A stretch of DNA of 64,000 nt. Origin: an uncultured Rikenellaceae bacterium (GTDB lineage Bacteria; Bacteroidota; Bacteroidia; Bacteroidales; Rikenellaceae). The first letter of the stretch is position 1, and each line of letters begins with the position of its first letter. The notes below the pieces were generated by a model. That model had not been told where the DNA came from. It was given only the letters and a program-made list of their open reading frames with translations, and searched no databases. Below are positions 36,768 through 43,589 of the stretch, one piece after another. The stretch is taken from positions 8,488-72,487 of the forward strand of contig CAYJLY010000001.1 in the NCBI GenBank assembly GCA_964371385.1, read 5' to 3'. The translations under genes and the position numbers were made by a program.

Positions 36768-37364
36768 TTACTGCACGCTATCTCTCTTAGCATTGCGCTC
36801 TGGATTGCGCTCTGTATTGCGCTCTGTATTGACATCCATTGAGTGTCTATTTTCCCGTGTTCCTTCTCCCTTATCATCACCCATGCGCTCCAAACGACCG
36901 CGAATGGCGACACGCTGCTGATCGTCGATAGCTTTTTCGAGTTGATACATCCTATCTATCTGCCCGGGGGTCATAAACTCATTGAACTTATAGAAATAGG
37001 TCTCTCGAAGATCTATCGCCTCACGCATGCGGTCGTTTGCCTTAAATATGTTCTCTTTGATCTGCTCTTGGGTCATATCGCGACGACGAATCTTACCTGG
37101 ATTTTTATGGAGCTTTAGTAGTTCTACGCTGTATTCTTTGTAGAGAGCCTCAAAACGCTCAAAATCTCTGTCGTTCAATCCTAGGCGTTTGCGCATAATA
37201 TCCAATTTGATTTTGGCATGTTCTTGCAGGATGCCGCGAAAATCTTTTTTAAACATCTCTTCTTGCTTGGCAATTTCGGCGTCTTGCTTCTTTTGATTAC
37301 CACAAGAGGTGCTCATCAAAACAACATTCGCAAGGATGATTAGTGAATAAATCGTATTTTTCAT
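36768..37364 (-). CDS. Lipoprotein with LTxxQ-like (Spy/CpxP-type) helical motifs, last gene of the ECF operon
   Basis: 198 aa with a lipobox (VLMSTSC). The motifs LGLNDRDFERFEALYKEY and MTPGQIDRMYQLE parallel those of the two divergent paralogues. The C-terminal tail is a charged TERN repeat. Confidence 0.6.
   Translation of the reverse strand: MKNTIYSLIILANVVLMSTSCGNQKKQDAEIAKQEEMFKKDFRGILQEHAKIKLDIMRKRLGLNDRDFERFEALYKEYSVELLKLHKNPGKIRRRDMTQEQIKENIFKANDRMREAIDLRETYFYKFNEFMTPGQIDRMYQLEKAIDDQQRVAIRGRLERMGDDKGEGTRENRHSMDVNTERNTERNPERNAKRDSVQ
36792..36827. repeat. In-frame 12-bp tandem repeat, three copies, inside the lipoprotein tail
   Basis: attgcgctctgg attgcgctctgt attgcgctctgt, followed by a partial attg. 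It encodes the (P/T)ERN repeats on the minus strand. Confidence 0.85.
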
Positions 37365-37411
37365 TTCTTAAATTAAGTTTTATTTGGGTGACAAACTCTA
37401 AGACCACACCA

Positions 37412-37780
37412 CTAGTAGTAGTAGTTATAAAAATCCACTTCCTCGGCACCCGAACTCAGTTGCTCGAGTTGCTCATCACTTAGACCATTGATAAAATTAT
37501 TAAGCTCGCTATTGTCCACAATCAAAAACTGATCCTCTAAAGACAATTCGCTCGAAGAGCCAAGCACGCCACTAAGTCCCAGAGCCACTATAACCACTGC
37601 CGCAGCACTCATCACTCCCGCAACTAGGCGTTTAAGCCTACGTGGAGGCATTGTATGCACACCATGGGTAGGCAGTGCATTTATGCGTTCGAGAGTATTC
37701 GATGGGAAAGTCTCGAAAAAATTATCTGGCACGCTGTAGGGCATTTCCCGCGAGAGATTATTTAGATCAAACTCTTTCAT
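37412..37780 (-). CDS. Putative single-pass membrane anti-sigma factor
   Basis: 122 aa located directly downstream of the ECF sigma gene. It has a ~60-aa cytoplasmic N-terminus (MPYSVPDNFFETFPS), one TM helix (VAGVMSAAAVVIVALGLSGVL) and a short periplasmic acidic tail. The call is from context only. Confidence 0.5.
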   Translation of the reverse strand: MKEFDLNNLSREMPYSVPDNFFETFPSNTLERINALPTHGVHTMPPRRLKRLVAGVMSAAAVVIVALGLSGVLGSSSELSLEDQFLIVDNSELNNFINGLSDEQLEQLSSGAEEVDFYNYYY

Positions 37781-37850
37781 ATTATTATCTTTTAACTTAA
37801 AATTATTAAACTCGTTCTATTTATTATTTGCTCTCATCGCCAAACCTTTT

Positions 37851-38387
37851 TTAGGAGTGGTTGAGCATATATTGTTTTACCTTTTCATTGGCATAATGAT
37901 AGTTGGTCTTTAGGGTACCAACTTTTTGTCCCGTGATTTTTGCGATCTCCTCATACTCCATTTCGTCCCAATATCGCAGATTGAATACTATTCTCTGTTT
38001 CTCGGGCAGCGAGAGCACGGCTCTTTGCAGTTTTGCCTCCACGCTATTGTAGTCTATACTCGTGTCGCTGTTTATCAACTCCAGCAGTCGGTTGTTCTCA
38101 TCATAGGACTGAGTGTCGATCTTAGCCTTTCGATACAAACGGAGCGCTTCGTTGGTGGCTATGGTGTAGAGCCAAGTTTTGAGCGATGAACGTCCCTTGA
38201 AACTATCTATATGGCGATAGGCGTTGATGAAAGTTTCCTGCAACACATCTTGGGCATCCTCGTGGGTGACCACCAAGCGACGAATGTGCCAATACAGCAT
38301 CCTTTGGTAGAGTTCCATCAACTGGGCAAAGCCTCTGGAGCGGCTATGCTCATTGTTTAGTGACTCTAATATTTCCTTTTCACTCAT
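37851..38387 (-). CDS. ECF-type RNA polymerase sigma-70 family factor
   Basis: The ORF track starts at a GTG at 38432, but the ATG at 38387 (MSEKEILE) is more plausible. It has region 2 (DAQDVLQETFINAY) and a region 4 HTH (MEYEEIAKITGQKVGTLKTNYHYA). Confidence 0.85.
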   Translation of the reverse strand: MSEKEILESLNNEHSRSRGFAQLMELYQRMLYWHIRRLVVTHEDAQDVLQETFINAYRHIDSFKGRSSLKTWLYTIATNEALRLYRKAKIDTQSYDENNRLLELINSDTSIDYNSVEAKLQRAVLSLPEKQRIVFNLRYWDEMEYEEIAKITGQKVGTLKTNYHYANEKVKQYMLNHS

Positions 38388-38539
38388 AAAATTATTTCTG
38401 TAATGCTGCAAATTTTGGATGCAATATTTCACGCTTACACACTAATAGAACACGGCAAGGTGTAAAAGTTAAAAGCGAGAAAAAAAAATTTTTTCATTTA
38501 ACTTATTCCTTTTAACTGCCTCTAAAAGTTCAGACAAAG

Positions 38540-38547
38540 CAAAGTTA
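38540..38547 (-). promoter_or_regulatory. Candidate sigma-A -7 box upstream of the ECF operon
   Basis: Plus-strand caaagtta reads TAACTTTG on the minus strand, 152 nt upstream of the ATG at 38387. That distance is long, so the assignment is weak. Confidence 0.25.
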
Positions 38548-38613
38548 CGATTTTTGCTAGAAACAAAAAACCAAATAATCAAATAATTTCAAACCTTTAA
38601 AAAAAGTAAAACC

Positions 38614-39084
38614 ATGAAACTACTAAAAAAATCAATCCTCACCCTTTCTCTAATCGCACTAACTTCTTCAGCTCTTGCTCAAGCCCCTCGTGGCGGTGGA
38701 CGCGGTGGCGCAGAACAACGCTCTGAGCAAAGACAAGAAATCACGCCTGAGCAATCAGCTAAAAAGATGACAGAGCGTATGGCGGATTCGTTAAATCTAT
38801 CGGATGGTCAAAAAGAGAAAGTCTACGAGTTGAATCTAGAGTTCACTAAAAAGCAAGATGAAATGCGCTCTCAAATGCGTACTCAAACCAGCGAGGATCG
38901 CCAAACACAGATGCAAGAAATGCGCACCGAAATGGAAGCCCTCAACAAAGAACGCACAGCTGCTCTTTCAATGGTACTCACCCCTGATCAACAAAAGGCG
39001 TATACCGAAATGATAGAAAACAGCAAGAAAAAACAAGAGCAGCGCAAAGAAGGCGGTCGCAAACGTGGTAACTCAGACGAGTAA
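38614..39084 (+). CDS. Periplasmic LTxxQ-motif protein (Spy/CpxP-like, DUF4890-type)
   Basis: 156 aa with a signal peptide (LTSSALAQA), LNLSDGQKEKVYELNLEF, LTPDQQKAYTEM and a basic/acidic low-complexity tail. Confidence 0.65.
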   Translation: MKLLKKSILTLSLIALTSSALAQAPRGGGRGGAEQRSEQRQEITPEQSAKKMTERMADSLNLSDGQKEKVYELNLEFTKKQDEMRSQMRTQTSEDRQTQMQEMRTEMEALNKERTAALSMVLTPDQQKAYTEMIENSKKKQEQRKEGGRKRGNSDE

Positions 39085-39237
39085 TTACCCTTCCCTGAGA
39101 ACATCAAACTATTTATAGGGGGAGGTTAAATCTCTTAACGTAACAAAATCAAACCTCCTCTTTCAGAAAAAAACAAACCAAGCGGGAAAAATCTCAAATC
39201 TCTCCCGCTTATCTATAACATAAAACACACTATATCA

Positions 39238-39690
39238 ATGAAACTATTAAATAAAGCCGTCCTAACTCTCGTATTCCTATCTCTAAGCAGCCTAGGCGCT
39301 CTAGCACATCCTTCGATCATTGGGGCGAACCCCCACGGCACGGGCTCGGGTGCCAGAGTTGAGTTCACCGCAAGGGTAATGACCGATATGCTTTCGGACA
39401 CCTTAAAGCTAACCCCTTTGCAGATTGAGCAGGTCTATATTCTCAATTATGAGTTTGGCCAAAAGCAGAGTAAAATTCAGCGAGACCTACGAGCTAAGTC
39501 CCTCCAAGAACTCAGAACAATTAGCGAGGAAATACAAATCGAAATGGAGGAGCTGGGACATGACAAGAATTTTGCGATGAGTCTGATTCTCGACACCAAT
39601 CAGCAACAGATCTTCGCTAAAATACAACAAGAGATTATGGAGAATGTAAAAATTCACCGACCAAGTCGCCCGAACGCTTACAGCCTATAA
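39238..39690 (+). CDS. Periplasmic LTxxQ-motif protein, tandem paralogue of 38614-39084
   Basis: 150 aa with the N-terminus MKLLNKAVLTL (compare MKLLKKSILTL), LKLTPLQIEQVYILNYEF and LDTNQQQIFAKI. Confidence 0.6.
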   Translation: MKLLNKAVLTLVFLSLSSLGALAHPSIIGANPHGTGSGARVEFTARVMTDMLSDTLKLTPLQIEQVYILNYEFGQKQSKIQRDLRAKSLQELRTISEEIQIEMEELGHDKNFAMSLILDTNQQQIFAKIQQEIMENVKIHRPSRPNAYSL

Positions 39691-39718
39691 TAGACCAAGG
39701 GTTGTTTTCTAAAAAGAT

Positions 39719-39757
39719 AAGCGGGAGTAGAACCATTTAAGTGTTCTACTCCCGCTT
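39719..39757. terminator. Bidirectional rho-independent terminator
   Basis: 15-bp perfect stem aagcgggagtagaac / gttctactcccgctt between convergent genes. Confidence 0.8.
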
Positions 39758-39787
39758 GTGCTATATTTAATAGAAGAAAGCTATTTT

Positions 39788-40252
39788 TTATTCTTCATCT
39801 TCGTCTTTACCACCACGCAAAGCGTAGAAAGCAACAAGAGCTCCGAATACTGCCAATACAACTAATTTACCACCAATTTTATTCCAGAACGAAAGAGATG
39901 GTTCAGCTGAAAACTCACCAGGAATCTCAAAGTCAACCAACACTTCTTTAAGATCTTCATTTGTAATTTCAGCATAGTCGATAGTCGTAGCACTCTCTGA
40001 ATACAAAGCATAGGTGGTCTCACCGTAGTTCCAAATAGGCACCCCAAGGATAGAGAATTGCTCGAAAACAATACCGAAGTCGGTATAGGTCTGAGAGTCT
40101 CCCTCAACCTCAACTGGTTCTGCGAATTTGTAAAGACTTTGAGTTGTTGGACCTGTGCCGTAAACGATTGCACCACGGCGGGCATGAACAGTTTGGCTCT
40201 GAAACAACATAAAGATTGTCAAGAGAGCAGATAGAGTTAAAAACTTTTTCAT
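39788..40252 (-). CDS. Hypothetical secreted, C-terminally membrane-anchored protein
   Basis: 154 aa with a signal peptide (MLFQSQTVHA), a beta-rich domain of about 100 aa, a C-terminal TM helix (LVVLAVFGALVAFYAL) and an acidic tail (KDEDEE). Confidence 0.55.
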   Translation of the reverse strand: MKKFLTLSALLTIFMLFQSQTVHARRGAIVYGTGPTTQSLYKFAEPVEVEGDSQTYTDFGIVFEQFSILGVPIWNYGETTYALYSESATTIDYAEITNEDLKEVLVDFEIPGEFSAEPSLSFWNKIGGKLVVLAVFGALVAFYALRGGKDEDEE

Positions 40253-40330
40253 TCTTTTTTTTGTTTAAGTTCTACTAATTATAAATAAATTTGTCTGTGT
40301 TTGCTGTCGATTAGCAACCAAAATTCCGCA

Positions 40331-40338
40331 CAAATGTA
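40331..40338 (-). promoter_or_regulatory. Candidate -7 box for the 154-aa gene
   Basis: Plus-strand caaatgta reads TACATTTG on the minus strand, 78 nt upstream of the ATG at 40252. Confidence 0.4.
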
Positions 40339-40351
40339 ATACTTTTTTTTC

Positions 40352-40379
40352 AATTAAGGAAGTGTACACTTCCTTAATT
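40352..40379. promoter_or_regulatory. 28-bp perfect palindrome, candidate TetR operator
   Basis: aattaaggaagtgt|acacttccttaatt has all 14 positions complementary. It lies between the divergent 154-aa gene and the TetR gene, where no terminator is needed, and overlaps the expected -33 regions of both promoters. Confidence 0.6.
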
Positions 40380-40446
40380 TTTTAGAATCATATTTTTCTT
40401 TACCTTTACATTGCCATAAAAGCAAGCCTCAAACAAATACAAAGAA

Positions 40447-41172
40447 ATGATTACAAACAACATAAACCCCACCAAAACGCGACGCAATCGTCACCAAATT
40501 TATTTAGACGTGATGAACGTACTTGAAGGACTGATCCAAGAGAATGGCTTCGAGAATCTTTCTATTCAAGAGGTGTGTAGAAAAGCCAATCTAACCTACA
40601 ACACATTTTACCGTAACTTTGCAACGCTCGACAATCTCTTGGATCAGTTTATCAACCAATATGATTTTTGGTTGAACAAGTCTTTGAACAAGGAACAACT
40701 CGAACAACTCGGTGGTGAGAATTTTCTTCTGCTGATGTTTGAAAAACTTTACACCGATCTTCAAGAGAATCGAGTGATGCAGAAACTTCTGGTGTGGGGA
40801 CTAAGTGGTCAGAGCGATATACCACTTACATATTCACAATTACGCGAAGAAAAATCGCACGCATTTATCGAATATTACAGCAAACAAGGAGAGGAACTTT
40901 TCATTGACATGCAAGCATTTATTGCGCTTATGATCTCGGGAGTCTACTACATGACGCTATATAGTAACAACAAGATTACAACTTTCATGGGGCTAAATTT
41001 TGCGGAAAACCAAAACAAACAACGATTCATTGAAGTTATAAAGCAGATTATCAAAATTTTCTACAACAATGCTCAACAAGCAAAAAAGCTCCTCACGCTG
41101 CAAGAGAAAATGCGCCAAGATGGGCTCTCTCAAGAGCAAATTGATGGATACTTAGAGATTTTAAAGGGCTAA
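40447..41172 (+). CDS. TetR/AcrR-family transcriptional regulator
   Basis: 241 aa with an N-terminal HTH (FENLSIQEVCRKANLTYNTFYRNF) and a helical ligand-binding-type C-terminal domain. An imperfect -7 box, taccttta, lies at 40401-40408. Confidence 0.8.
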   Translation: MITNNINPTKTRRNRHQIYLDVMNVLEGLIQENGFENLSIQEVCRKANLTYNTFYRNFATLDNLLDQFINQYDFWLNKSLNKEQLEQLGGENFLLLMFEKLYTDLQENRVMQKLLVWGLSGQSDIPLTYSQLREEKSHAFIEYYSKQGEELFIDMQAFIALMISGVYYMTLYSNNKITTFMGLNFAENQNKQRFIEVIKQIIKIFYNNAQQAKKLLTLQEKMRQDGLSQEQIDGYLEILKG

Positions 41173-41310
41173 CCTTTAAGCACTTGGACAATTTCACTTA
41201 ACAGAGATCAATTACAACTCTCCAAAGTGAAAAAATTTATGATGGAAGTTTGTAATTTTTATTGCTTATTTTCGTTAAAGATACTACTAGTTCACCTTTT
41301 TAAACAATAT

Positions 41311-42468
41311 ATGAAGAAGTTCCTAATCTCATTAATACTCTCTTTGGCAGCCCTGCAATCGTTTGCCCAAGGCCAACGCATGATAGTCTACGGCGCCGCG
41401 CCATGGTTTGCTTTCGACCCGCTCTCTAACAGTTACCAAAAAGGCTCACTAGCCCAAATTTGGGGCTACAGCGAGGCGTGGCGAGAAGAGTTGGGCGAGG
41501 AAAATTTTTTCATTATGCCCCACCCCGATTTCTATCGTAATATGCCCCTTGGATACAAGGCATACATGGCAAGTAGTGGCGATTCTACCCTACTGCACAA
41601 AATTGAAACGTACATGGGAGTGAACCCCGCTGCTGCGGAGAGCTTTCAACTAGAGACCCACCTACCCGATTCACTCAAAAGGGGCGAGATACTAGTGATA
41701 GACAAAACAGAGTTTTTCGGGGATGTATCTTTCGAGACCAAGGTGGTCGATATTTCGGAATTCCCCCTCTCGCGAGATTTCATGGATAGTTTTGACCAAG
41801 ATATTCAAAAGTTGCGTCTGCGTTTTGCGAGCCCCATCACACAGCTCGACACTTCGTTTACCACACGTGATTGTTATTTCGGACCCTCACTCCTTGCAGG
41901 ACTTTTCCATCGCTATCAACTCGAGCGCACGGGAGCCGACTATTCGCTTTTTGCTCCACCACGCTTTGATGCCACATGGGGTGCGGGTGATCTATATATA
42001 AAGGACGTGTATCGCATGCTGGGCTATGATAACGAACTTGTGGTGGTGGAGTGCTCGGGAGCGCTACTATTGGAGTTTTTGGAGGAGGTGTATTTCTCGC
42101 GCTACTACAATATCAAACGATCATCGGACGATTTGGTACGCACCAAAACACCCTACTTTTTTCACGAATCCCTCGCAGGAAGCCCCTATATGGTCAATCT
42201 TACCAAGGGTGAGGGCCAGCGTATCGAGAATCATAATATACAAGCATCCGAAAAATACAAAGTTGCTATTAATTCGTTCCGCGCTAAATGGTTTATCTCC
42301 AAAGGCTGCTCGAGCGAGTCTTTTGGCGATTATCGATTAGAGTTTCTCGGCTGGCTCTCTGGGCTCGAGAATTTCGAGGCCCTAGAGAGCGTAGAACAGT
42401 GGCGCACCCTACCCGAGGCATTGAGTTCTGAAATCGCGCAACGCGAAAGGAAAACAATTTTTGAATAG
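41311..42468 (+). CDS. Secreted 5'-nucleotidase-like protein (C-terminal domain recognisable, N-terminal domain degenerate)
   Basis: The ATG at 41311 gives the signal peptide MKKFLISLILSLAALQSFAQG; the track start at 41227 is unlikely. The C-terminal half resembles the 5'-nucleotidase substrate-binding domain (NELVVVECSGALLLEFLE, YKVAINSFRA). I could not find the metallophosphoesterase DxH/GNHE motifs in the N-terminal half. Confidence 0.5.
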   Translation: MKKFLISLILSLAALQSFAQGQRMIVYGAAPWFAFDPLSNSYQKGSLAQIWGYSEAWREELGEENFFIMPHPDFYRNMPLGYKAYMASSGDSTLLHKIETYMGVNPAAAESFQLETHLPDSLKRGEILVIDKTEFFGDVSFETKVVDISEFPLSRDFMDSFDQDIQKLRLRFASPITQLDTSFTTRDCYFGPSLLAGLFHRYQLERTGADYSLFAPPRFDATWGAGDLYIKDVYRMLGYDNELVVVECSGALLLEFLEEVYFSRYYNIKRSSDDLVRTKTPYFFHESLAGSPYMVNLTKGEGQRIENHNIQASEKYKVAINSFRAKWFISKGCSSESFGDYRLEFLGWLSGLENFEALESVEQWRTLPEALSSEIAQRERKTIFE

Positions 42469-42493
42469 CATCGCAATTTTTTGAAATTTTATC

Positions 42494-42501
42494 TACCTTT
42501 G
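42494..42501 (+). promoter_or_regulatory. Candidate -7 box for the CDF transporter gene
   Basis: tacctttg ends 54 nt before the ATG at 42556. Confidence 0.4.
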
Positions 42502-42555
42502 TGGCAGTAAAACCCTAAAATAATACCACCCCCGAGCAAGTAGCCTGCCCTAAGA

Positions 42556-43563
42556 ATGAACCAACACAAAATAAAGAGCCGTTTCCAAAGATGGGTTGTC
42601 ACAGCATCCATAGCTCTGATGGTGGGAAAGTTTGTGGCCTATTGGATTACCAACTCTGTTGGTATTCTCACTGATGCAGCCGAGAGTATAGTGAATGTTG
42701 TAGCGGGCTTTATGAGTTTGATGGCGCTGAGGTGGTCGGCAAAACCGCGCGACCGCAAACACCCTTTCGGGCGCGGCAAGATAGAATTGATTTCTGCCTC
42801 GATCGAGGGTGTGATGATAGCCATGGCTGGTGGATTTATCATATGGGAGGGGGTGTTAAGACTTAGTGACCCTGCGCAAATCAAAAGCCTCGATATTGGT
42901 ATTGTAGTGGTGGCGGTAGCTGGATTGGCAAACTATATATTAGGTGCATACAGCATCAAGATGGGGCGCCGCTACGATTCGGTAGCGCTGGTTGCATCAG
43001 GTAAACATTTACAATCGGACACCTATTCTAGTATTGGTCTAGTTTTAGGTCTGATTTTGCTATATTTCACCAATTTGGGATGGATAGATGGCACGCTAGC
43101 TATTATATTTGGAGGGGTGATTCTCTTTACGGGGGCTGGGATTATTTTCCAAACCGTTAGAAGCCTGCTTGATGCTGCCGACATGGAGCTGATTTCGGAG
43201 GTGGTCCAACACATCAAACAGCGTAGAGAAAAGGACTGGATAACCATCCACAACGCCAAGATGATAAAATATGGGTCACTAGTCTATATTGACTGCGATT
43301 TAACGCTCCCGTGGTATTACAATGTGATCGAAAGCCACAATGCCTGCGATAAGCTAGAGGATCTATTGGGCGAGAAATATGGCGATCGCATTGCGGTGTC
43401 GATTCACTCTGACCCCTGTGATAGGAGATTTTGCCGTCTGTGTGATTTGGAGAGCTGCCCCCACAGAGAAGAACGCTTTGAAAAAACACTCGAAATCACA
43501 AGCGAGACCATAGCCGACAACGACGAGCAGCTAATCGTGAGACTTTTCAAAAAAACAACATAA
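42556..43563 (+). CDS. Cation diffusion facilitator (CDF) family divalent-metal efflux transporter
   Basis: 335 aa with six TM helices, metal-site motifs (LTDAAESIVN, HLQSDTYSS), a cytoplasmic C-terminal domain and an extra Cys cluster, CDRRFCRLCDLESCPH. Confidence 0.9.
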   Translation: MNQHKIKSRFQRWVVTASIALMVGKFVAYWITNSVGILTDAAESIVNVVAGFMSLMALRWSAKPRDRKHPFGRGKIELISASIEGVMIAMAGGFIIWEGVLRLSDPAQIKSLDIGIVVVAVAGLANYILGAYSIKMGRRYDSVALVASGKHLQSDTYSSIGLVLGLILLYFTNLGWIDGTLAIIFGGVILFTGAGIIFQTVRSLLDAADMELISEVVQHIKQRREKDWITIHNAKMIKYGSLVYIDCDLTLPWYYNVIESHNACDKLEDLLGEKYGDRIAVSIHSDPCDRRFCRLCDLESCPHREERFEKTLEITSETIADNDEQLIVRLFKKTT

Positions 43564-43589
43564 ATAAAAATATACCTTAAAATAAGAAG

